Shown here: piece by piece, positions 31,387-38,752 of the stretch | Layout: every line of letters starts with the position of its first letter | Position numbering within the stretch: the first letter of the stretch is position 1 | Virus record (IMG/VR): IMGVR_UViG_3300045988_085462 | Coordinates: 1-42,248 of that record | Length of the DNA: 42,248 nt | Origin: a virus | Strand: one strand, 5' to 3' | Notes under the pieces: generated by a model | Databases searched by the model: none | What the model saw: only the letters and a program-made list of their open reading frames with translations | What the model was told of the DNA's origin: nothing | Made by a program: the position numbers and the translations under genes

Positions 31387-31597
31387 TTTGCTTCTCCTGT
31401 TTCAGTGCGGCGACGCTGCACTCGCGACTAACGATATTAATTGCCTTCATCATTCCACTAAATTCTCCCATCATTCCCGAATTGGCAAGCTCTTCTGCGC
31501 GGTCAAGAAGGCGTTCATACAAACGAAGCCCATCAATGTAAATACTGTTTTCGGAAGTTACGATTTTTTCTTTTTCCACTTCGGCACCTCCTGCCAC
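31367..31597 (-). CDS. Hypothetical protein (start uncertain)
   Basis: The ORF overlaps the upstream NinB-like gene end. A GTG alternative start is at 31579. Confidence 0.45.
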   Translation of the reverse strand: MAGGAEVEKEKIVTSENSIYIDGLRLYERLLDRAEELANSGMMGEFSGMMKAINIVSRECSVAALKQEKQNETETV

Positions 31598-32127
31598 TCT
31601 TGCCAGTAGGCGGTAACATTGGGGTCGTTGACGCCCATTTCCGCCAGCCGGTCAAATATTCCGTCGATCAGCTGCCCCATCTGCTCCGTGGTAAAGGTGC
31701 TGGAGCCCTGACTGCACTTCACCGTGCAGCGGTTGCCGTTCAGCAGCTCCACAACGTGCACCAGCCGGTAAGACTTGCGCAAGATGGGCACAGCACCCAC
31801 CGGCACTTCCAAGTAGTCGAACGCCGCACCGTACTGCTCCAGCATTTCGGTGTAGCAGTCCTCCGGGGTGATGCCGCCGGTGCGCCCGCCGTTGTAGTGG
31901 TCTGCCATGATGGTAAGCAGCGCCCACATCATACGGTTCTGGGGCAGGGTACGGCTTTTGCGTTCGAGGTCTACCGACAAAATCAAATGCAGCGGCTTGC
32001 CGTGCGCCAGCTCGTCCAGCTTCTGCCGGATCTGTGTTTCCACAAATTCCGCAGAGTTTTCCACGACCACCCGCCGGGCGACCGGGTCATATACCACCGG
32101 CAGCTTGCCGATCACGCCTCTGGCCAT
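31558..32127 (-). CDS. NinB/Orf-family recombination mediator-like protein
   Basis: RKSRTLPQNRMMWALLTIMA and SQGSSTFTTEQMGQLIDGIFDRLAEMGV parallel the lambda NinB motifs (RSLDQNRKLWA.. / STSRM.V.EF..L...). Confidence 0.6.
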   Translation of the reverse strand: MARGVIGKLPVVYDPVARRVVVENSAEFVETQIRQKLDELAHGKPLHLILSVDLERKSRTLPQNRMMWALLTIMADHYNGGRTGGITPEDCYTEMLEQYGAAFDYLEVPVGAVPILRKSYRLVHVVELLNGNRCTVKCSQGSSTFTTEQMGQLIDGIFDRLAEMGVNDPNVTAYWQEWQEVPKWKKKKS

Positions 32128-32732
32128 AAGATCTTCTTACCCTCGCCGGTGATGAACTGCACCATGGTGATGCTGCCCGCGTCATCGTAGGCGAAGCGGT
32201 CCACCTTCAGGCTGGTCTGCAACCGATAAGCGCCCTTGTCATCCTTGACGATGGGCACCTGCGTGCTCTTGAGTACAATGTCTTCCAGCTCCATCACGTC
32301 CCTGCCGACACCCCAAAAGGAAGCGGCAGAAACAAAGCTGGTGACCTCCCGCATCAGAGCCGGGTCACGGCAGGGGAGGGAAAGCCCGCCCGCGTCCTTG
32401 TAGACGAACTCCCGCTCCTGCGGGCAGTATACGCCCACCTGACACCACAGCCGCCCATCGGCAAAATAGCGCCGCATGGTCCAGCCCGCAGCGCCAAAGG
32501 TTTTGTCCATCATATCGCGCACGGCGTTGGCGCCGGGGAGCAGTTTCAGCTTGATTGCATCCTCGCTGATGGCCTTAATCAGCACTGAGACCGCCTGCGG
32601 GGCTGTCTGCGGGGCTTTTGGCACTTCAACGGGGAACTTGACGTCCGGGGCACAAACAGCCGCAGAAGCGCTCTTCTGCGGCCTGCCGCGCCCGGAAGCT
32701 TTTGGCGTTGCCAACCTTACCACCTCCACCAA
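32112..32732 (-). CDS. Rad52/Sak-like single-strand annealing protein (start uncertain; a TTG at 32714 has a GGAGGTG RBS)
   Basis: FGAAGWTMRRYFADGRLWCQVGVYCPQEREFVYKDAGG resembles the Rad52-family core. Adjacent to the NinB-like gene and ssb. Confidence 0.5.
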   Translation of the reverse strand: MVEVVRLATPKASGRGRPQKSASAAVCAPDVKFPVEVPKAPQTAPQAVSVLIKAISEDAIKLKLLPGANAVRDMMDKTFGAAGWTMRRYFADGRLWCQVGVYCPQEREFVYKDAGGLSLPCRDPALMREVTSFVSAASFWGVGRDVMELEDIVLKSTQVPIVKDDKGAYRLQTSLKVDRFAYDDAGSITMVQFITGEGKKILWPEA

Positions 32733-32911
32733 TAGGGGCTGGAGGTGGCGATCTGCGCCGCCTCTGCCGGTGAATACTTGTCGATCATAACGTGCATCTC
32801 CGCAACCACCTGCTGGATGGTATCCGGTGGCAGCTCTGCCATGCGCATAGCGGCAATGGCGTAGCCGATGGAGGTCTCCTCGTAGGTGGGGGATTTAGGC
32901 ATCGGGCTCAT
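32717..32911 (-). CDS. Hypothetical protein (64 aa)
   Basis: Internal ATG at 32911. The upstream part of the track ORF is out-of-frame overlap. Confidence 0.45.
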   Translation of the reverse strand: MSPMPKSPTYEETSIGYAIAAMRMAELPPDTIQQVVAEMHVMIDKYSPAEAAQIATSSPYWWRW

Positions 32912-33146
32912 CAGCTTTTGCAACCGCATCCAGATCCTCCTCTGCTTCCAGCGCTGCGTCATTGTACGGGCATCCGCGCACCTGGCTTTCCAGAATGTTG
33001 CGGCAGAAGGTGCACGCATCCCGCGCGTCCTGCACGCTGAGCGGCTCTGCAAAGTCCCGCATCACCTTCATCATGGCTTCGCCGGCCTTCTTGGCCTGTG
33101 CGCTGTACTGGCGGCGGAAATGCCCGCCTTTACGTTCGTGGATCAT
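32895..33146 (-). CDS. Hypothetical protein (83 aa)
   Basis: GGAGGT RBS 7 nt before the ATG at 33146 (MIHERKGG..). Confidence 0.55.
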   Translation of the reverse strand: MIHERKGGHFRRQYSAQAKKAGEAMMKVMRDFAEPLSVQDARDACTFCRNILESQVRGCPYNDAALEAEEDLDAVAKADEPDA

Positions 33147-33234
33147 AATACATACCTCCATAGTTTTGTTCTGCGCATTGCGCTGGCAGCGGCTTTTGTT
33201 TACCCACCTGCCGCCATTGGTGTAATGCGAAAGC

Positions 33235-33411
33235 TCAGCTCTGCAGCCCTTCCTGCATTGCCGTTTCCAGAAGATGCCGGAGATCTTCCAGAATGTTTTC
33301 GTAGATCTTTCTCTCCCGGTCGGAAATGCGTTCATCGTCCAGCCGGCACTGATACTTGCCGATCAGATAGCAGATCCGCTCGCGGGTACGCATTCCATTC
33401 TTGCTTGCCAT
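33235..33411 (-). CDS. Hypothetical small protein (58 aa); below the ORF-track cutoff
   Basis: GGAGG RBS then ATG at 33411. Sequence MASKNGMRTRERICYLIGKYQCRLDDERISDRERKIYENILEDLRHLLETAMQEGLQS. Confidence 0.5.
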   Translation of the reverse strand: MASKNGMRTRERICYLIGKYQCRLDDERISDRERKIYENILEDLRHLLETAMQEGLQS

Positions 33412-33426
33412 TTTGGGCCGCCTCCA

Positions 33427-33687
33427 TCAAACAGAAACCTCAAGAATGCAGTCACTGCTTAAAACCCAATAATCGTGCATAATCGCGTATGCGCAAATCA
33501 TCTGGCACAATTGAGTTTGCTTTCGACCCCTTGGAAAATTGATGTAGCACGGAAAAGGATTGAATTTCGGGTTTGTGAGGTCATCTGCAACTTCTTCCGA
33601 AACTTGAAAAGAAACGCTGTGATTTACGCCAGATTCGCTGTTTCTATCGTTGTGGGCGGTGTACAAAACATTGATGGTTTTATTCAT
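33427..33687 (-). CDS. Hypothetical protein (86 aa), lower-GC segment
   Basis: An ORF in the operon. Confidence 0.5.
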   Translation of the reverse strand: MNKTINVLYTAHNDRNSESGVNHSVSFQVSEEVADDLTNPKFNPFPCYINFPRGRKQTQLCQMICAYAIMHDYWVLSSDCILEVSV

Positions 33688-34075
33688 GTTCTTCCAGCCC
33701 CTCCAGCTCAGACATCACGCCGAGGATGCTCTGGATCTGTGCGGCAGCCTTGCGGCCATCCAGCACCATGTACTCTGCGTTGTCCCGCTGGTACTCCTCG
33801 CTTGCATCCAGATAGTGCTCAAAAGCGTTCATGCTGTCGGTGCAGATGCTCACGGCAGCCAGCATCAGATACCGGCTTGCGGTGGCGATCTCGCGGGTCG
33901 GTGTGCCGCGATCCACGCTGTCCTTCACCATCTGGTCTGCCTTTTCCGGGTCGATCAGCCTGCCCGCTGGGGCAAAATTGCGATCAGCACCTTTTGGCGG
34001 GTCAGGCATTAAAGTAAAATCCGGTGAGCCATCAGCGTTCACAGTGCAAACAAACGGTGTTCCAAGTTCTTCCAT
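33680..34075 (-). CDS. Hypothetical protein (131 aa)
   Basis: An ORF in the operon. Its end overlaps the downstream start. Confidence 0.55.
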   Translation of the reverse strand: MEELGTPFVCTVNADGSPDFTLMPDPPKGADRNFAPAGRLIDPEKADQMVKDSVDRGTPTREIATASRYLMLAAVSICTDSMNAFEHYLDASEEYQRDNAEYMVLDGRKAAAQIQSILGVMSELEGLEEHE

Positions 34076-34087
34076 AACAATCCCTCC

Positions 34088-34324
34088 TCAGTAAGTCCCA
34101 TATTCCTGATCCAGCAGGGTATCCAGCCGGATGGTATTGCCGCGGCCGGAGCCTTCCTGTCCGGCCATGTTAGACCAGCCTTCCGGGTAGCGCTTGCGCA
34201 CATACCGCGCCGGGATGCCCATACATACGCTGACCTGCTCCAAGGTCAGCCGGATGCAGCCATATCGGCCAAAAATAGCCTTGTAGCTGTCGTGCCACGC
34301 TTCGGGTCTATTAGATTTCGCCAC
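34088..34324 (-). CDS. Hypothetical protein with a possible HTH (78 aa)
   Basis: LTLEQVSVCMGIPARYVRKRY is an HTH-like segment. Confidence 0.5.
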   Translation of the reverse strand: MAKSNRPEAWHDSYKAIFGRYGCIRLTLEQVSVCMGIPARYVRKRYPEGWSNMAGQEGSGRGNTIRLDTLLDQEYGTY

Positions 34325-34959
34325 GCTCTTTCAACTCCTTCTGTCTGCGCTGCCATTCCTTGAATTTGCCGTAGCTCATGCCCTTTGCTGCGGCAGCAGC
34401 ATTATCATCCACGATCATGTCGTGGTTGGTCTTGGGCTTTTCCTTGGGTTTTACAATGCCGGGCAGCGTGCCGGTGTCCACACTGGACTTTCCGTACCGA
34501 CGCTTTTTGCAAGCATCGCAAAACATTTTGCCGGGATCCACGCCGTACATCATCGTGCCGCACTCTTTGCAGGGCTTGTCTACCTTGCGGTGCCTGCCGC
34601 AAGAAAGCTTCTCCTTCGGTGCGGGCTTTGGAGGTGGTGCCAACTTTTTGATTTTCGGCTTTGCCTTCTGCAACCGCCGGGCACGTTCTCTTGCTTTTTT
34701 CCAGATGTATCTTCTCGCTGCAGGGAATGCAGTATATCCGGTTCGGCGCAGACCCCGCCGGGAGCGCCTTTCCGCACGCGGTGCAATAACGTACCACGGG
34801 CGGATTTGGGATTTCCCCGAGGATGTGCTTTTTCTGATAGTTGTGGTCGGTCTCTTTCTTTCGGAACTTGCGGCAGGCATCGCAGTACCGTCTTTGACTG
34901 CTGGTGCCTTCTGGCAGCACCGCGCCGCAATCTTTGCAGCGGCGAATAATATCACTCAT
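34311..34959 (-). CDS. Triple zinc-ribbon protein split into two overlapping frames at an A6 run (34695..34700)
   Basis: The frame starting at 34959 gives CKDCG..YCDAC and YCTACG..YCIPC. The +1 frame ending at 34311 gives PCKECG..FCDAC. The junction reads CTG GAA AAA AGC. Removing one A would fuse them into a ~215-aa protein. Confidence 0.55.
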
Positions 34960-35569
34960 GGGCTACACCTTCCTTGTTAGGTTTGCGGCGCATTGCGTAA
35001 CTATAAAACGTTCCGCGCGGCATTCCGCACATCTGGGACGCCGCCGAGCAGGTGACCTGCCCGCTTATCCATGCCTGATAAGCTTCCTCAAAGCCTTCTG
35101 TCACGCCTTTAAGCGGACGCCCAAACTTAACGCCCCGCGCCATGGCAGCGTCGATGCCTTCCCGCTGGCGCTGGCGGATGTTCTCGCGCTCCGTCTGCGC
35201 CACAAAGGCCAGCAGCTGCAGAACGATGTCGCTGATCAGCGTGCCGACAAGGTTCTTATCTGCACGGGTGTCCAGCAAAGGCATATCCAGAATCACGATA
35301 TCCACGCCCTTCACCTTGTTCAGCGCCCGCCATTGTTCCTGCACGTCCTTGTAATCGCGCCCCATGCGGTCTAAGCTTTTGATAAAGACCACATCGCCTT
35401 TTTTTAGCTTGCGCTTCAGGCGTTTCCATGCAGGACGGTCAAAATCCTTACCGGACTGCTTGTCCAGATAGATGTTCCCATCCGGCACACCGGCTTCCCG
35501 CAAGGCAATCATCTGCCGCGCTTCGTTCTGGTCGCGGGAGCTAACCCGCACATATCCATACTCAGCCAT
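34952..35569 (-). CDS. Small serine recombinase (resolvase/invertase family)
   Basis: GAGGAAG RBS then ATG at 35569. YGYVRVSSRDQN catalytic Ser motif. C-terminal HTH (SAASQMCGMPRGTFYSY). 205 aa. Confidence 0.9.
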   Translation of the reverse strand: MAEYGYVRVSSRDQNEARQMIALREAGVPDGNIYLDKQSGKDFDRPAWKRLKRKLKKGDVVFIKSLDRMGRDYKDVQEQWRALNKVKGVDIVILDMPLLDTRADKNLVGTLISDIVLQLLAFVAQTERENIRQRQREGIDAAMARGVKFGRPLKGVTEGFEEAYQAWISGQVTCSAASQMCGMPRGTFYSYAMRRKPNKEGVAHE

Positions 35570-35858
35570 TTTTCTTCCTCGGTAAAACAAGACCTTTCAA
35601 CCAATGCGTGGATCTGTGCGAAAAACCGCCGTCCGCATTGACTTGAACAATAATGAACCCGGTACCGTCCGTGGTAACAACACGCTCAGAACGTTTCTGG
35701 CCATACATCCGGGACCAGAACGGAAAATCTGCCATGGGCGGCATCTCGGTTTCTGTTGATACCCAGCCCATGTAGTGTGCACATCCGGCTTCCGCCATCT
35801 GCTGGCATTGCCGGGCGCACACAGGGCGGTGTAGGCAGTCTTTGCAAAGCTCAGCCAT
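35562..35858 (-). CDS. Hypothetical protein with an N-terminal Cys cluster (98 aa)
   Basis: ATG at 35858. MAELCKDCLHRPVCARQC. Confidence 0.5.
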   Translation of the reverse strand: MAELCKDCLHRPVCARQCQQMAEAGCAHYMGWVSTETEMPPMADFPFWSRMYGQKRSERVVTTDGTGFIIVQVNADGGFSHRSTHWLKGLVLPRKKNG

Positions 35859-36075
35859 TCCTCCGTGCCCTCTCATAGATCCGCTTCCGTGCCGCCCTTC
35901 TGCGGGCGTTCTCGGCGCGCATATACTCGTCCCAGCAGCACAGCAGGTAAGGGGCAAGCACCAGCACCGGCGCGATGATCATCACCATCAGCCACATCTC
36001 TGTGCAGGCTGCGTGGTAGGGATCGCGGCCAAAGGCAACCATCAGATCAGCTAAAATAAATGAACAACTTCTCAT
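35851..36075 (-). CDS. Small membrane protein (74 aa)
   Basis: AGGAGG RBS 9 nt before the ATG at 36075. TM segment WLMVMIIAPVLVLAPYLLCCW, then a basic tail. Confidence 0.55.
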   Translation of the reverse strand: MRSCSFILADLMVAFGRDPYHAACTEMWLMVMIIAPVLVLAPYLLCCWDEYMRAENARRRAARKRIYERARRNG

Positions 36076-36233
36076 GCCATCAAACCTCCTATGCGCCATG
36101 CCAGCGCCATAATTAAGCCAAAATACGCCAGCCAGAACCCCAGCATTTTGCGGGGCGGCTTTGTGGCGCAGATAAACAAAAACGCCGTCAGGCAGCAGCC
36201 TGCCATAAAGCACATCAGACAAGCCAGAAACAT
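36072..36233 (-). CDS. Small two-TM membrane protein (53 aa); below the ORF-track cutoff
   Basis: GAGGTG RBS then ATG at 36233. Sequence MFLACLMCFMAGCCLTAFLFICATKPPRKMLGFWLAYFGLIMALAWRIGGLMA. Its stop codon overlaps the next start as ATGA. Confidence 0.5.
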   Translation of the reverse strand: MFLACLMCFMAGCCLTAFLFICATKPPRKMLGFWLAYFGLIMALAWRIGGLMA

Positions 36234-36238
36234 CCGCG

Positions 36239-36430
36239 TCACCTCATTTTCAGCGCAATCTCAATGTCTGCACGGGGGTTATCGTTATAGTACAAGCCAT
36301 TGATGTACTTGCGCACAACGCTTTCGCTCCAGCCACACGCCGCCGCAAGATCGCGGCTGGTCATGTTGTTTACTTTCATGCGTTTTCTCACTTCGCCCAT
36401 CCATTCAGGCGTAACGGTCGTCCGTTTCAT
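36239..36430 (-). CDS. Cro-like small HTH regulator (63 aa), first gene of the leftward early operon
   Basis: GAGGTG RBS then ATG at 36430. MTSRDLAAACGWSESVVRKYING is an HTH. Divergent from the XRE gene at 36814. Confidence 0.65.
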   Translation of the reverse strand: MKRTTVTPEWMGEVRKRMKVNNMTSRDLAAACGWSESVVRKYINGLYYNDNPRADIEIALKMR

Positions 36431-36479
36431 TCTTTCACCTCGCTTGCGCACAATTGTTCATGTTTTCCCGCAAAAAACA

Positions 36480-36508
36480 TTGCCAAGCCATACAAGATGG
36501 TGTAAAAT
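36480..36508 (+). promoter_or_regulatory. Candidate sigma-70-type promoter (TTGCCA, 17 nt, TAAAAT) embedded in a dyad
   Basis: -35 at 36480..36485 and -10 at 36503..36508. Flanking inverted repeats are TTGCCAAG (36480..36487)/CTTGGCAA (36533..36540) and TAAAATGATA/TATCATTTTTA. Confidence 0.4.
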
Positions 36509-36741
36509 GATATTGCGGTTATCATTTTTACTCTTGGCAACATTTTTGGGTTTGGGGCAGAAAGCAGATCGGAAGGTACGCGCGACCCTCTGCTTTTTGC
36601 ACCCGGTGCCCGCGCATAGGCACCTGATCAACAGGACGGTGTGGGGGAAGAGCCCCTGCTGCGTGGCAGCCCTGTGAAGTACCGGCAGCGATCGGAGAGT
36701 ATGGGGACTTCTGGTCAGCCGCTCGGTATGGTTTTATTATA

Positions 36742-36788
36742 ATCCAACTGCATCCAACTGTAAAGGCATTATTTGCATACAGTTGGAT
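36742..36788. promoter_or_regulatory. Operator-like sites: ATCCAACTG half-site x2 direct plus the inverted copy TACAGTTGGAT
   Basis: Sites at 36742..36750, 36752..36762 and 36778..36788. They lie next to a TATAAT (36738..36743) and just upstream of the XRE gene RBS. Confidence 0.55.
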
Positions 36789-36813
36789 TTTCAGCAAAAT
36801 TAACAAAAAGGAG

Positions 36814-37155
36814 GTGACAATTTTGTTCTGGGAAAATTTCGTGCGAGAGTGTGAGAAAATCGAAAAGTATCCATCGTATGTGGCGGAAGAACTTGGATTT
36901 AATAAGTCTGCGGTCACCAGTTGGAAAAACGGTTCACTTCCTAGGGTGTCCAGCCGCAAAAAAATTGCGGACTACTTTGGAGTTACCGTTGATGAGCTTA
37001 TGGGCACAAAAAAAGAGCCCGCCGGGATGGGCGGGCTCAAATGGGAATGGGCTGATGTAGAAGCAGCTTATAAAAATGCAACGCCGGAAGCGCGCGCAGC
37101 CGCAAAAGCCGCCGCGCTGGCCGTGCTGGAGAACGGAAAAGCAAAGGAAGAGTGA
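36814..37155 (+). CDS. XRE-family HTH regulator (CI-like repressor candidate); the start may be the TTG at 36823
   Basis: AGGAGGTG RBS. YVAEELGFNKSAVTSWKNGSLPRVSSRKKIADYFGVTVDEL is a classic HTH_3 pattern. Confidence 0.8.
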   Translation: MTILFWENFVRECEKIEKYPSYVAEELGFNKSAVTSWKNGSLPRVSSRKKIADYFGVTVDELMGTKKEPAGMGGLKWEWADVEAAYKNATPEARAAAKAAALAVLENGKAKEE

Positions 37156-37160
37156 CCACA

Positions 37161-37514
37161 ATGGATTTTGAGCAGCTGGTGCTATCCACCGAGGATCTGA
37201 ACGCGCTGCGCGTGATAGCACAAGGACCGGTGGATTGTACCTCCGAATGGACAGAAAGAGTAAAAACGCTGTGCGAGAAAAAGCTTGTCGAGCAAAAAGT
37301 TTCGCCGGCCAAAATGCAAATACGCGGCTATGTGTATCAAATCACCAAAGACGGCGAACTTTATCTACGCTATATCAATCGCCGAGAAAATGAAAAGAAC
37401 TTTGAAAACAATATGTCAACGCTTTCGCTGAAGGAGACGCGGTTTGCCAACAAGCTGTCATTTTTTGCCCTGATCATCTCGGCTATCGCTCTGCTCGTCT
37501 CCATCTTCCGGTAA
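37161..37514 (+). CDS. Hypothetical protein with an N-terminal wHTH-like region and a C-terminal TM anchor (alternative GTG start at 37152)
   Basis: Translationally coupled to the repressor-like gene. C-terminal FFALIISAIALLVSIF. Confidence 0.6.
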   Translation: MDFEQLVLSTEDLNALRVIAQGPVDCTSEWTERVKTLCEKKLVEQKVSPAKMQIRGYVYQITKDGELYLRYINRRENEKNFENNMSTLSLKETRFANKLSFFALIISAIALLVSIFR

Positions 37515-37808
37515 CGGCATGACAACGCTGGTAAAGACCCGATGGCAAAAAGACATTTCCAACAGGCAATGCAAAGCATCAGGCAGATACATGGCAGTCT
37601 GGTATGGGATTTTCCGGTCTGCCATGATTTGCATGATTTCTTTTGCAAAGTCAAACGTTTCTTGAGGAATCGGTTTATCTTTATCCAGCGCTAAGCTGTG
37701 GTTGTAGAATCCCCCAGTAAGCGAGCAGGTAGGAAGTATGGGGAATTCTTCCGAGAAGTTGCTTGTGTCTTTCTCGCAAATATCTTTCTTGCGGGTAGTT
37801 CCAAACAT
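37458..37808 (-). CDS. Hypothetical protein (116 aa)
   Basis: AAAGGAG RBS 7 nt before the ATG at 37808. Its 3' end overlaps the convergent 37161..37514 gene by 57 nt. Confidence 0.55.
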   Translation of the reverse strand: MFGTTRKKDICEKDTSNFSEEFPILPTCSLTGGFYNHSLALDKDKPIPQETFDFAKEIMQIMADRKIPYQTAMYLPDALHCLLEMSFCHRVFTSVVMPLPEDGDEQSDSRDDQGKK

Positions 37809-37840
37809 ATAAGGTCTCCTTTCTAGTGTAAAAAACTGTT

Positions 37841-37954
37841 TCAGGACGCCTGTGCAGCATCTTCGGTTTCGGAATGCTCCAGCAAAACGCCCATTACAAT
37901 GCCCCAAAGCGCGGGGTGCTCTTTCAGGTAGGCAAGAAATTCAGCGTCAGGCAT
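37841..37954 (-). CDS. Hypothetical small acidic protein (37 aa); below the ORF-track cutoff
   Basis: AAAGGAG RBS then ATG at 37954. Sequence MPDAEFLAYLKEHPALWGIVMGVLLEHSETEDAAQAS. Confidence 0.4.
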   Translation of the reverse strand: MPDAEFLAYLKEHPALWGIVMGVLLEHSETEDAAQAS

Positions 37955-38037
37955 AAGAAACACTCCTTTTTGTTGTATTCGGTAATTTTATGTTACAACT
38001 GTTATCCTTAAAAATCAAGAGAAAAGAGGAATTTCGA

Positions 38038-38727
38038 ATGAAAATTGCGGAAAAATGCAAAGTTGTTGTGGTGGGTAGCCTTGTGGCCGCTCTGATGGCA
38101 GGCACTGCATTGCCCGCGCTGGCCGCCAGCCCCGCCGGGGACGTTCCCTTTGCGGTGCTTGCGCAGCAGAATGACGTAAATGCCGACAAGGTGCAGGCAA
38201 TCAAAGACGCACTGGCTAAAATTGATGTATCATACGAGGATGGCATCTGGCTTTTTGAATCCGCTTACGAAAATTACGAAATAGACAATAACAAAAGCTA
38301 TGTGATGCCGTATGTGTATTCAAACGGTGAAACTGTCCGGTTTGGTATGAGCTTCACATCTCAGGATACCGAGGGCTATTTTTACTGGAACGATGTAGAT
38401 GTTCTGATTGGCGAATACAATAATTATACCAGTCAGACGAACTACAAATTTAAAAAGGTTTCGCGCCAGTACTATCCCGATGACCAGATTTTTTATGAAA
38501 ATATATCCTTTGGTGGTAACGACGAGGATATGGACTGCCTGAGCCGCATTCTGAACGCCGACACTGCATATCTGCGTTTCAATGGCGCAAAGGTCAACGG
38601 CACGCAAAGAACGCAGACCACGATCATCGATAGCGAAAGCCGACAAGGCATGACAGATATCATCAACCTGTACAACCTGCTGCAAAGCGCTACTGTTGAA
38701 GAACGTGTAGCCGCTTTCGGTACTTGA
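38038..38727 (+). CDS. Secreted protein (signal peptide, AxA cleavage-type site)
   Basis: ATG at 38038. MKIAEKCKVVVVGSLVAALMAGTALPALAASPAG. The C-terminal domain is paralogous to that of the next gene. Confidence 0.7.
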   Translation: MKIAEKCKVVVVGSLVAALMAGTALPALAASPAGDVPFAVLAQQNDVNADKVQAIKDALAKIDVSYEDGIWLFESAYENYEIDNNKSYVMPYVYSNGETVRFGMSFTSQDTEGYFYWNDVDVLIGEYNNYTSQTNYKFKKVSRQYYPDDQIFYENISFGGNDEDMDCLSRILNADTAYLRFNGAKVNGTQRTQTTIIDSESRQGMTDIINLYNLLQSATVEERVAAFGT

Positions 38728-38752
38728 TCAAAAGCATTAGGAGGAAAAAACT

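Noticed and set aside
34473-34488. Fourth, degenerate copy of the 19-bp palindrome (GGTGTCCACACTGGAC)
   Set aside because: It is an imperfect match, lacks the full dyad and lies inside coding sequence (..SSVDTGT..). It could be chance, so it was not counted with the three exact intergenic copies.
36540-36730. Match of the GC-rich switch-region core to known riboswitch or ribozyme classes (c-di-GMP, glycine, SAM, ZTP, hammerhead, twister)
   Set aside because: The conserved core nucleotides of these classes, as I remember them (for example CUGAUGA..GAAA and GGAGAG..CACCGAAGG), are not present. The region is kept only as an unclassified structured-RNA candidate.
36528-36959. 143-aa minus-strand ORF spanning the switch region and the start of the XRE gene
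   Set aside because: It has no RBS. The translation is low-complexity or odd. It runs antisense through the well-supported XRE gene and across operator, promoter and hairpin elements.
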